NCBI GenBank assembly: GCA_964396415.1
Contig: CAYNFM010000002.1
Span: 25,866-89,865 of the forward strand
DNA: 64,000 nt
DNA from: an uncultured Treponemataceae bacterium
GTDB lineage: Bacteria > Spirochaetota > Spirochaetia > Treponematales > Rectinemataceae
Direction of reading: 5' to 3'
Below are positions 17,186 to 25,468 of this stretch, piece after piece. Position numbers and translations under genes: made by a program. Within the stretch, counting starts at the first letter, position 1; every line of letters starts with the position of its first letter. The notes beneath the pieces are model-generated. The model made no database searches. It had not been told where the DNA came from and was given only the letters and a program-made list of their open reading frames with translations.

Positions 17186-18829
17186 ATGGAATGGTCCCTC
17201 TTCTCCGAGCCGCGACGCTTCTCGCCGCCCGTCTCGGCCGCCTTCGGCATGGCACTCAGTTTCTACCCCGGCGTCGGTTTCATTTGCTGGGCCCTCGCAA
17301 TGGCGGTCTTTGTCGCCTCATTCGGAACAGCCATCGGTCAATTGGGCGGACGGGCGGTCCGTCTCCGGCGCATGCAAGCCCTCGCCGCCGCCATGGGCCT
17401 CGTCGCGGGAACTTCCCTCGCCTGGTACGAGGGGGGATTCGCGACGGCAGGCGCCCCGGAGACGGACGCCCCGGGGACCGGCGCGTCAATGTCGATGGCG
17501 CTCGTCCGCACCGCCCCTTCTTGGGCCGAAGGCCGTCTGTCCACGGATTCGCGGCCCGCCAGGAATGGCTTCCGTTCGTATGCGCTCGGCATCGAACGGC
17601 TGGGCCTCGCCGGCCGCGGGGTCTCGGCCGAGCTCTCTTTTCCCGGGAAGCCTTGCCGACAAACCTTACGGGTCCTTGCGCGCGGGGGGAGGGCGATCGA
17701 CGCCGGATCCCTGATCAGGGCGCGGGGATCTCTCAGCGATGGAGCGGAGAGGTCTGTTCTCTTCGCCCAATCTCGCGATATCGCGGTCATCGACCGGGGC
17801 GACAGGATCGATCGCGCCCGAAGCGCCATCCGCGACGCCTGCAGGCGAGCGCTGGCCAGGATCGGGAAGCGCTCGGCCGGCCTCCTGCAGGCCTTGATCC
17901 TCGGAGTCATGGACAGCCTAGCTCCCGAGGAGGCCGAAGCCTTCAAGGCGGCCGGCTGCTCGCACATCCTGGCCCTTTCCGGCGAGCATCTCTCGGTCCT
18001 GGCTATCCTCTCGATAGCCGCCCTAAAGCCGCTCTTCGGCCCGATTCGCGCGCGATTCGGAGGCGCCATCCTCGCCTGCCTGTTCATGTGGATAGCCGGT
18101 CCCGGACCCTCGCTCGCTCGTGCAGTGCTGATGACGTGGATCGGGGCGGTCACCCTCGCCATCGACAGGCCCCAGGCTTCGCTCTCTTCTTTGGCGCTTG
18201 CCTTTCTTGTCATGCTCCCCTTCGACCCCACGGGGGCGCGCAGTCTCGGCTTTACGCTCTCGTTCGTGGCGGTATGGGGACTCGCCGTCCTGGGGCCCCG
18301 ATTCACCTTTCTTCTGGGCAGGCGGCTACCGCCCTTCCTTCGGCAGCCGGCATCCGTATCCCTCGCCGCCCAAACGGCCGTTTCGCCTTTGCTCGCCTTC
18401 AGTTTCGGCTACCTTCAGTTCGCAGGGATCTTCGCCTCAATGGCGGCGGGGCCGATCGTCATGGTCTTGATGTGGTGGGGAATCGGCTCCGGCTTGGTAT
18501 GTTCCCTTTTTCCCTTCGCGGCACCCTTTGCCATACCGGTTTCCGATTTCCTCTACCTCTTGCTCATGGGCATCATGAATACGGCGGCCGACCTTCCGCG
18601 GCTCCTTCTCTCCTCCTACCTCCAGCGCGGCATCGCGAGCGCCGCCGTAGCCGGTCTGGCGGCCTTGGTATATGCTCGCCCCCATGCCGAATATCGATCC
18701 TGGCTTACCCGACTACGACTCTCCCCGGGCCCTTCAGGCCCTTCTCGCGGCGGAGGGCCTGGCAGTGTCCAAGCGCTTCGGCCAGAACTTCCTCGTGGAC
18801 AGGTACGCGAGAGAGAGAGTGCTGGATGA
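17186..18829 (+). CDS. comEC: ComEC/Rec2 family competence channel (no C-terminal metallo-beta-lactamase domain)
   Basis: 547 aa, polytopic. Competence-domain style HILALSGEHLSVLA. In-frame stop at 17150 excludes an earlier start. Confidence 0.8.
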   Translation: MEWSLFSEPRRFSPPVSAAFGMALSFYPGVGFICWALAMAVFVASFGTAIGQLGGRAVRLRRMQALAAAMGLVAGTSLAWYEGGFATAGAPETDAPGTGASMSMALVRTAPSWAEGRLSTDSRPARNGFRSYALGIERLGLAGRGVSAELSFPGKPCRQTLRVLARGGRAIDAGSLIRARGSLSDGAERSVLFAQSRDIAVIDRGDRIDRARSAIRDACRRALARIGKRSAGLLQALILGVMDSLAPEEAEAFKAAGCSHILALSGEHLSVLAILSIAALKPLFGPIRARFGGAILACLFMWIAGPGPSLARAVLMTWIGAVTLAIDRPQASLSSLALAFLVMLPFDPTGARSLGFTLSFVAVWGLAVLGPRFTFLLGRRLPPFLRQPASVSLAAQTAVSPLLAFSFGYLQFAGIFASMAAGPIVMVLMWWGIGSGLVCSLFPFAAPFAIPVSDFLYLLLMGIMNTAADLPRLLLSSYLQRGIASAAVAGLAALVYARPHAEYRSWLTRLRLSPGPSGPSRGGGPGSVQALRPELPRGQVRERESAG

Positions 18830-19607
18830 GCTCAAGGCCGAGGCGGGTACGCGAGTCTGGGAGATAGGACCGGGCATCGGAGCGATGACCGCCCTCGCGC
18901 TGGATTTTGGCCTAGCAGTCACCGTCTTCGAGATAGACCACGGCTTCTCGCGCATGCTCGAACGGCTTTTCGGCGGGAATCCCTCCTTCAAGCTCATCGA
19001 GGGCGACTTCATCGATACGTGGAAAACCGAGCTCGAGGCGACCGGCGCTCCCGACAGGATCTTCGGTAATCTGCCATATAGCGCCGCCAACGCCATCGTC
19101 GCGTCCCTCCTCGAGGGGGACTTAGTCCCCCCGCGAATGATATTCACGATACAGAAGGAAGCGGGCTTGCGCATGATCGCCACCCCCGGCACCAAGGATT
19201 ATTCCTCATTCTCCGTACTATGCGCGTCGACCTGCAAATGCAGGCTCGCCTTCGACCTCGGCTCAAGCTCCTTCTGGCCCGTCCCGCGCGTGACAAGCTC
19301 AGTCGTTCGAATGGAACCGAGAAAGGTCCCTCTCGCGGCCGGCGATCGCGCCGGCTTCTCAGCCTTCGTCCGCGCCGGCTTCTCCTCTCGCCGCAAGACT
19401 CTATGCAACAACTTCCGTACCGCAGGCCCTGCCATCGGCGCTTCGCGCGGCCGAGGCGACGGCTCCTCGATCCAAGACAAGCTGCCCGGCGTCCTCGCGG
19501 CGTTGGGCATCCGCTCCGACATCCGCGCCGAGGCGCTTACTCCCGAAAGTCTCGCGGCGGTCTACGAGACGCTGAAGAGTGCCGGGACCGGCGTTCTCGA
19601 ATCCTAA
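18672..19607 (+). CDS. rsmA: 16S rRNA (adenine1518/1519-N6)-dimethyltransferase RsmA/KsgA
   Basis: 311 aa. KRFGQNFLVD, EIGPGIGAMT, GNLPYS motifs. The start could be Met5 (18684). Confidence 0.85.
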   Translation: MLAPMPNIDPGLPDYDSPRALQALLAAEGLAVSKRFGQNFLVDRYARERVLDELKAEAGTRVWEIGPGIGAMTALALDFGLAVTVFEIDHGFSRMLERLFGGNPSFKLIEGDFIDTWKTELEATGAPDRIFGNLPYSAANAIVASLLEGDLVPPRMIFTIQKEAGLRMIATPGTKDYSSFSVLCASTCKCRLAFDLGSSSFWPVPRVTSSVVRMEPRKVPLAAGDRAGFSAFVRAGFSSRRKTLCNNFRTAGPAIGASRGRGDGSSIQDKLPGVLAALGIRSDIRAEALTPESLAAVYETLKSAGTGVLES

Positions 19608-19742
19608 ACCCTTGCCCTGTCCCAGCGGCGACAGTACCTTATGCTCATGCCGTAGCTTGCCCGCAGGGGAGCCTTCGGCACGCCGCTCCGTAGGGAGGGC
19701 GAATAGCGTTCCGCTGGCGCGGGCAATCCACGCCGCGGGGCT

Positions 19743-19760
19743 TCCTCGCTTATTGGAGGA
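19743..19760 (+). promoter_or_regulatory. small hairpin pairing the hsp20 Shine-Dalgarno (possible RNA thermometer)
   Basis: UCCUC (19743-19747) can pair with GAGGA (19756-19760) of the GGAGGA SD. 8-nt loop. ATG at 19765. Confidence 0.2.
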
Positions 19761-19764
19761 TAGT

Positions 19765-20262
19765 ATGGGTCACTGCGACAGAGGTTTCGATTTTGACGGG
19801 TCGCTCGACGACATCATCCGCATGGCTCGCGATTTCGGCGAGAAGATAAAGGGCATGGCGCCCGAGATGGACCCCATCTTCGAGTCTTGCGGCGGCTACC
19901 GCCATCATGCCTACTTCTACCCGCCTGCCAACGTCTACACGACTCGAGACGGCAGCATGGTGCTCGAGTTTGCTCTAGCCGGCATTGACGAGAGTGCCGT
20001 CTCGGCGACCTTCCAGGGCGATTACCTTGTACTCAGCGCCAAGGCCGCGGCTAAAGAGGGCGAGGGAGACGGGAGCCATTTCTCGAGACGAGGCTTCAGG
20101 CCCCGCGATATCGACAGGCAGAAGTACCGCGTTCCCGCCGAGGACTATGCGCAAGAACTGGCGAAGGCCGTATTCAAGAACGGCGTACTCACCGTCACAG
20201 TCCCCCCCAAGGAGAGCGATGGCTCCGGCATAAAGGTAGAAATCGTCAAAGAAGGCATTTAA
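19765..20262 (+). CDS. Hsp20/alpha-crystallin small heat-shock protein (IbpA-like)
   Basis: Trimmed from ORF 19579 to MGHCDRG (GGAGGA RBS). LEFALAGIDE...GVLTVTVPPK alpha-crystallin core. Confidence 0.85.
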   Translation: MGHCDRGFDFDGSLDDIIRMARDFGEKIKGMAPEMDPIFESCGGYRHHAYFYPPANVYTTRDGSMVLEFALAGIDESAVSATFQGDYLVLSAKAAAKEGEGDGSHFSRRGFRPRDIDRQKYRVPAEDYAQELAKAVFKNGVLTVTVPPKESDGSGIKVEIVKEGI

Positions 20263-20277
20263 GCTATGGTATAGTGG

Positions 20278-20313
20278 GACCGAAGGCCGTTGCCGGCAGG
20301 GCGGTCTTCGGTC
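20278..20313 (+). other. strong intergenic stem-loop between the two hsp20 genes
   Basis: GACCGAAGGCCG...CGGTCTTCGGTC, about 12 bp including one G-U pair. No U-tract follows. Confidence 0.5.
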
Positions 20314-20345
20314 GAACTCTGGAGGGATACGTGAAGGGCAATCGC

Positions 20346-20903
20346 ATGTACGTCGATATAGGCACCATACTGGACGAGGTATTCGACGCGGCCAAGAGCT
20401 TCGGCGCGAACTTCCAGGATATGGGCGACAAGTTGGGGGAAAAGATGGGCCCGAATTTCAACGTTCACGTAAACACCGGGCCCGGGGTAGGGGCGAAGCC
20501 CTGGTTCGACATGGGTCAGGACGAGAACGCCGATTATTATCCTGGCTATTCCTATCCTCCCATGAATATCTACCTCACAAGCGAGCGAGGCATGGTTTTC
20601 GAGTTCGCCCTGGCGGGCTTCGATGAAAAGGACATCTTCCTCAATTTTCAGGGCGATTATATGGTGTTCAACGCCAAGATCGGCCTCGACGAGCTTCCCG
20701 AGAACGACGTGCGCTACTTCAAGCGCCGACTCAAGCTCAAGGACGTCGAGAAGCAGAAATATTACGTGCCGGCCGACAAGTTCTCGCAGGACAGGGTACG
20801 GGCCGTCTTCCGCAATGGCATACTCAAAGTCACGGTTCCCCCGAAGGAAGAATCCGACGCTCCAGAGGGCATCAAGATCGAGATTCTCAAGGAAGGCGAG
20901 TAA
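20346..20903 (+). CDS. Hsp20/alpha-crystallin small heat-shock protein (IbpA-like paralog)
   Basis: Start taken at MYVDIGT. GTG at 20331, 4 nt after GGAGGGA, is an alternative. FEFALAGFDE...GILKVTVPPK. Confidence 0.85.
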   Translation: MYVDIGTILDEVFDAAKSFGANFQDMGDKLGEKMGPNFNVHVNTGPGVGAKPWFDMGQDENADYYPGYSYPPMNIYLTSERGMVFEFALAGFDEKDIFLNFQGDYMVFNAKIGLDELPENDVRYFKRRLKLKDVEKQKYYVPADKFSQDRVRAVFRNGILKVTVPPKEESDAPEGIKIEILKEGE

Positions 20904-20913
20904 ACCCTTTCCC

Positions 20914-21396
20914 TCAGCGCGGCATTAGGCCGCGCTTCTCGAGATAGTCCTGGAGTTCCGACAGGTGGGTCGCGATGAAGAAGGCGCAGTAGCCGGTAAA
21001 GGCCGCGCCGAGCACCAGTGAAATCGACAACAGATAGCCCGATCCGAAGAGAGACTTGAGGAAGTCGACGTCCTTGCCCATCAATGGCAGGAGCACCATC
21101 GAGATGGCCAGCACCGCGCCTGGGAAGATCCAGTCGCCAAGGGCGAAGTCCTGCTTGGGCGGAGGCATCAGCCTGACGGCCGCCATAATGCGGTCCTCGA
21201 TGAGATCCTCGGAAACGGCATCGGCCCCGCGGGGATGCGCGTCCTCGCGATAGGCGCGCATGGCCGCCGACATCCGCGTCTCCGAGAGAGAGCAGATGGA
21301 GCAGCGGGCGAGATGCCAACGCAGGGCCAGACTATAGCCCTGCTTCGAGTCGAGTTCATCGAGCCGCTTAAGCGCCGCTTCGTGCCGCATCCCCAT
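20914..21396 (-). CDS. zf-HC2 anti-sigma factor, membrane-spanning
   Basis: 160 aa. HLARCSICS (H-x3-C-x2-C). Two to three C-terminal TM helices. Overlaps the sigma gene by 29 nt. Confidence 0.7.
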   Translation of the reverse strand: MGMRHEAALKRLDELDSKQGYSLALRWHLARCSICSLSETRMSAAMRAYREDAHPRGADAVSEDLIEDRIMAAVRLMPPPKQDFALGDWIFPGAVLAISMVLLPLMGKDVDFLKSLFGSGYLLSISLVLGAAFTGYCAFFIATHLSELQDYLEKRGLMPR

Positions 21397-21952
21397 CCTC
21401 CTTCATCGCTCCGAGCCGCTCTCGCAGGATCCGCTTGGCGCGGAACACGTGCGATTTTATCGTATTCACCGGATATCCCGTCATCTCGCTGATTTCAAGA
21501 TACTTAAGGTCGTAATAGAAATAAAGCTCGATGCACAATGCCTGACGCGACGGAAGCCCGGCCATCGCCTCGCGCACCGCCCGCGCGGTTTCCTCGCGCA
21601 GCTGCTCTTCCTCGGCTCCAGGCACCCCCGCGATCTCCGCTTCGGGATCGAGCGAAAGATGATCCCGTTTGCGCTTCTTCGAGTTGATCGCGGTATTGTA
21701 CGCGATCCGGAGCAGCCAGGTCGAGAAGAGGCTCCGTCCTTTAAAGGACGCGAGAGCGGTGTAGGCCTTGACGAAGACGTCCTGAGTGAAGTCTGCGGTT
21801 TCCTCCGCATCGCGAAAGAAACTCATGCCCAATCTCTTCACCCGCGCGCTATGGTGCCTCACCAATATCGCAAAGGCGTCGGTATTCCCGTCCAGGACCT
21901 GTCCTATCGCCTCCTCGTCGCTCGTCTCCCGCGCCCGCTCATTGGCGCTCAT
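21368..21952 (-). CDS. ECF-type RNA polymerase sigma-70 family factor
   Basis: 194 aa. Region 2 (DFTQDVFVKAY...WLLRIAYN) and region 4 HTH (LEISEMTGYPVNTIKSHVFRAKRIL). Confidence 0.85.
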   Translation of the reverse strand: MSANERARETSDEEAIGQVLDGNTDAFAILVRHHSARVKRLGMSFFRDAEETADFTQDVFVKAYTALASFKGRSLFSTWLLRIAYNTAINSKKRKRDHLSLDPEAEIAGVPGAEEEQLREETARAVREAMAGLPSRQALCIELYFYYDLKYLEISEMTGYPVNTIKSHVFRAKRILRERLGAMKEDGDAARSGA

Positions 21953-22284
21953 GCCCCGTCCCGGTTCCTCCGCAGCATGAAGAAGAGCAAAAGGCTGATA
22001 CCGGCCGCGAAGGGGAGGAGTCCCCCTAAGAGGGCGTAGGAAGCGCCTTCGATTACGATGAAGAGGATCGAGAGGACCGCTCCCACGCTCAGCAATAGGA
22101 GACCTGCGAGGAGACAGAAGGTATCAAGGTCGATCCTGCTCGCCTCGTAGAGCCCCCGCTCAATGAGCCGCACCTTCTCGCGATGGCTCCAGAGCAAATA
22201 GAAGAAGGCGATAACGCCGGCCATTACGATGCCGACTATCGGGATGATCGAAACGATGATCTGCGCCGCAGAAGGTAAAGCCAT
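21949..22284 (-). CDS. small polytopic membrane protein, first gene of the ECF operon
   Basis: 111 aa, three hydrophobic helices. Stop overlaps the sigma start (ATGA). Confidence 0.55.
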   Translation of the reverse strand: MALPSAAQIIVSIIPIVGIVMAGVIAFFYLLWSHREKVRLIERGLYEASRIDLDTFCLLAGLLLLSVGAVLSILFIVIEGASYALLGGLLPFAAGISLLLFFMLRRNRDGA

Positions 22285-22317
22285 CGGAAATCCCCTCTTT
22301 CCGCATCGATGCGCCTA

Positions 22318-22346
22318 TTAGACGCCGACACTCCTGCCGAGGTTGC
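22318..22346 (-). promoter_or_regulatory. candidate ECF-type promoter (GCAACC ... CGTCTAA)
   Basis: Minus strand reads GCAACC-tcggcaggagtgtcgg-CGTCTAA about 30 nt upstream of the operon ATG. Resembles the AAC / CGT-TCTAA ECF architecture. Confidence 0.3.
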
Positions 22347-22363
22347 GCTCGCGGAGCATGAAT

Positions 22364-22780
22364 CTACTCTAGGTCGAGGGTCCGCGTCGCCACGACGTCT
22401 ATGCCGAGACCCAAGGCATCGCGAATCATGACCTGCCCCCTTCGTACCGGCAGGGGTTTTTCGAGGGCGTAGATGGCCTCGAGGAGCTCTTCCACGCGCT
22501 CCTTGGGAAAAGGCGAGGCCGTCCTGCAAGGAATGCGCCGGGCGGAGCCCCCTTGAGCCCGCGAACCGGAGCCCGTTGCGGCCCTGCACGTGGCCGTAAC
22601 CGTCCTCTTGGGCGCAAGCAGCTCCTCGCGTGCGTAGGCGGCGCCGCGAGGGCAGCGGTTGCCTCCGATGGAGAGCCCGTCGCCCGCGGCAGGGGTCGAG
22701 TTCTCGGGCGCGCTCTCGACGACGAGGCGGCAGCCCATAGGGCAGGTTATGCAGGTCAGCTCGCGTCTCATACTCACCAT
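22364..22780 (-). CDS. DUF1667 domain-containing protein
   Basis: 138 aa. CITCPMGC...GNRCPRG Cys motifs typical of DUF1667. Confidence 0.75.
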   Translation of the reverse strand: MVSMRRELTCITCPMGCRLVVESAPENSTPAAGDGLSIGGNRCPRGAAYAREELLAPKRTVTATCRAATGSGSRAQGGSARRIPCRTASPFPKERVEELLEAIYALEKPLPVRRGQVMIRDALGLGIDVVATRTLDLE

Positions 22781-22781
22781 C

Positions 22782-24038
22782 TCATTGTATCGAGATTTCG
22801 ACCGCGGCGTCAGGCAGCTCGGCCGCCGCGGCCAACTGGGCCTTGCCGAGGGTCAAGGTAAGCATTTCCGATGGCTGGACATGGTTCTTCCTGGACGAAA
22901 GAAGCACTTTGCCGTCGATCCTGACCTCCAGGATCGCGTCGTTCTTGACGATCATGGTCCTGAGGTAGAGCTTGTTGTCGCGGCCCGTATCGACGCGCGC
23001 CGGAACGACGTAGCGCACATTAGACCCGGCCTTGACCCTCGCCTCGCGGCAGGGCCGGGCCCCCTCGAGCCATGCGGCCGCGCAGCGCCCCGCGCGCCTG
23101 GCCTCTTCGACGACGTAGTCGACGAGATCATGGACGTGAAGGACGTTGCCGCAGGCAAAGATCCCGGGAAGACTGGTCATTAGGGTCGAATCGGTCCAGG
23201 CGCCGTTGGTCATCGGATTGATCGAGACGCCGGCCTCGCGCGAAAGCTCGTTTTCGGGCACGAGCCCGACCGAGAGCAGGACGGTGTCGCAGGGGATCTT
23301 GAAGGCCTTTCCCATCATGAGGGCAGCATTTTCGATCGGGGCCACCTCGATGCCTTCGACGCGATCCCTGCCATAGATGCCGGTCGTGAGGTGGGAAAGA
23401 TACAAGGGAATATCGAAGTCATGGAGGCACTGGACGATGTTGCGCGTAAGGCCAGAGGGGTAGGGCAGGATCTCGACGACGGCATGGACCTTGCAGCCTA
23501 TCCAACTCATGCGCCTGGCCATGATCAGGCCGATATCGCCAGAGCCTATTATGACGACCTCCCTGCCCGGTACGTAGCCTTCCACATTGACCAGGCGCTG
23601 CGCGAGGCCGGCGGTGAAGACGCCGGCCGGCCTCGATCCCGGAATGCGTACGTTGCCACGGTTGCGCTCCCTGCAGCCCATCGCTAGGATGACGGCCCTC
23701 GACCTAAGCCTGAGCGCGCCTTCCTTCGCGGACACGCAGGACAGGACTTGCTCGCCTTCATCGGCTACCATGTCGAGTACGGTGCACCCGCAGAAGACGC
23801 TAATCCGTCGCCCGCCGATCCTCTCCTCGAAGCGCTCGGCGAATTCCGGCCCGGTCAGCTCTTCGTTGAACTCGATGAGGCCGAAGCCGTTGTGGATGCA
23901 CTGGGTCAAAATGCCGCCGAGGCGCTCCTCGCGCTCGGCAATGGCCACGCTGAGGTCCCTGGCTTCGAGCTCAAGGGCGGCGGCCATCCCGGCAGCGCCG
24001 CCGCCTATCACGACGCAGTCGAAGCTCATCTCCCTCAT
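22782..24038 (-). CDS. NAD(P)/FAD-dependent (pyridine nucleotide-disulfide type) oxidoreductase
   Basis: 418 aa. Two dinucleotide folds: VVIGGGAAGMAAA and VVIIGSGDIGL. Confidence 0.8.
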   Translation of the reverse strand: MREMSFDCVVIGGGAAGMAAALELEARDLSVAIAEREERLGGILTQCIHNGFGLIEFNEELTGPEFAERFEERIGGRRISVFCGCTVLDMVADEGEQVLSCVSAKEGALRLRSRAVILAMGCRERNRGNVRIPGSRPAGVFTAGLAQRLVNVEGYVPGREVVIIGSGDIGLIMARRMSWIGCKVHAVVEILPYPSGLTRNIVQCLHDFDIPLYLSHLTTGIYGRDRVEGIEVAPIENAALMMGKAFKIPCDTVLLSVGLVPENELSREAGVSINPMTNGAWTDSTLMTSLPGIFACGNVLHVHDLVDYVVEEARRAGRCAAAWLEGARPCREARVKAGSNVRYVVPARVDTGRDNKLYLRTMIVKNDAILEVRIDGKVLLSSRKNHVQPSEMLTLTLGKAQLAAAAELPDAAVEISIQ

Positions 24039-25468
24039 AGCACGCCCCTGAGCAGCGTCGAGGCGCGGCCGCGTTTAGTGATCTGGTCGCAGCTCATGCC
24101 GGTCTCCCTCATGAGTATCTTGACGATCTTATAGGTGCAGAACCCGCCTTGGCAACGACCCATCTGCGCTCGAGTGAAGTACTTGATGCCGTCGAGAGTG
24201 GTATGGCCACGGCGTATCGCGGCGACGATCTCCGCCTCGGTAACGCACTCGCAACGGCAGACCACCTCGCCGTAGGCCGGATCGCGGGCGATCAGCTCGT
24301 CCAGCTCGAAGAGAGAAAGATCCCTGGCCCGCGACTCCCTTTCCACCGTGGGGTCCCAATTCGCCTTCTCGACGAGGACGAGGCCCGCCTTCTTGAGCAG
24401 GTCCTTCACGTACTCGCCGATCGCCGGGCTCGCGGTGAGGCCGGGCGACTGAATGCCGGCGACCTGTACTAATGCCGGCACCTTGGCGGAGAGGTCGATG
24501 TAATAGTCATCGCCCAGGGTGGGCCTGATACCCGCAAAGCTCGTGATGACGTCGGCTTCGGAGATGTCGGGAATCATATTCCGCGCGCTCCGCAAAATGG
24601 TCTCGAGCTGCAACCTGGTCGTGGCCGCATCCTCTTTGTCCTCGACCGCGCTCGCCGTGGGCCCGATGAGGACGGTTCCCTCCACGGTAGGCACGATGAG
24701 CATGCCCTTGGAAACCGAGGTGGGCACCGGGAATACCACTCGGCCGGGCTTGGCCTTGGTCAGCTTGTCCAGGAGGTAGTACTCGCCCTTGCGGCCTTTG
24801 ATCGAAAAATCCTCGGCCCCGAACATCCGCGAAACCTCGTCGGCAGCGAGGCCGGCGCAGTTGACGGCGTAGCGCGCGCGGAGCTGCCTGCCGTCCGCGG
24901 CATGAAGGATCCAGGCGTCGCCCTCGCGCTCGGCCGCGACGATATCCCATCCCGTGAATACGCTGACGCCGTTCTTGACCGCGGACTCGACGAGGGAAAA
25001 CACGAATCGATATGGCTCGACGATGCCGCCGCCCGGCGCGTAGAGGCCGCCGAGGGCGTCCCGGCTGAGCTTGGGCTCGAGTTCGAGCATTCGCTCCCTC
25101 GAGCACATCTCGATGCCTATGGCGCCGTTGTCGACGCCCTGCGCGTAAAGCTGCTCCACGGCGCGCATCTCGTCCTCGTGGAGAGCTACGACGACGATGC
25201 CGCAACGCACAAAGGGGAACCCCAGCTCCGTCTTGAGGCGGTCGAACATCATCGCGCCCTGAATCTCCAGGCGAGCCTTCAGATGCTTCTTATTGTGATG
25301 AAACCCGCCATGGACTATCCCAGAGTTGGCCTTGGAAACCCCGAAAGAAACGTCGGCCTCCTTATCCATGAGGGCGACGGCGATCTCGTAGGCCGAGAGC
25401 CTGCGAGCTATGTTCGCCCCGCAGACTCCCGCGCCGACTATCGCGACCTCGAACGACTCCGCCATCAT
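24035..25468 (-). CDS. FAD-dependent GlpA-like (glycerol-3-phosphate dehydrogenase family) oxidoreductase with BFD-like [2Fe-2S] domain
   Basis: 477 aa. VAIVGAGVCGANIA. C-terminal CRCECVTEAEIVAAI...GRCQGGFC. Confidence 0.8.
   Translation of the reverse strand: MMAESFEVAIVGAGVCGANIARRLSAYEIAVALMDKEADVSFGVSKANSGIVHGGFHHNKKHLKARLEIQGAMMFDRLKTELGFPFVRCGIVVVALHEDEMRAVEQLYAQGVDNGAIGIEMCSRERMLELEPKLSRDALGGLYAPGGGIVEPYRFVFSLVESAVKNGVSVFTGWDIVAAEREGDAWILHAADGRQLRARYAVNCAGLAADEVSRMFGAEDFSIKGRKGEYYLLDKLTKAKPGRVVFPVPTSVSKGMLIVPTVEGTVLIGPTASAVEDKEDAATTRLQLETILRSARNMIPDISEADVITSFAGIRPTLGDDYYIDLSAKVPALVQVAGIQSPGLTASPAIGEYVKDLLKKAGLVLVEKANWDPTVERESRARDLSLFELDELIARDPAYGEVVCRCECVTEAEIVAAIRRGHTTLDGIKYFTRAQMGRCQGGFCTYKIVKILMRETGMSCDQITKRGRASTLLRGVL

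Noticed and set aside
17053-18867. 604-aa ORF, the longest in this region of the track
   Set aside because: It is extremely Arg/Pro/Gly-rich (RRRH, GRPG runs) with no hydrophobic core, typical of an off-frame read of GC-rich coding DNA. The 17186..18829 frame gives a coherent polytopic ComEC.
19617-19634. CTGT-N10-ACAG palindrome between rsmA and hsp20, reminiscent of an SOS box
   Set aside because: The spacing is 10 rather than 8. It lies upstream of a heat-shock gene, not a DNA-repair gene, and the LexA motif of this lineage is unknown. It is more simply a 5-bp hairpin after rsmA.
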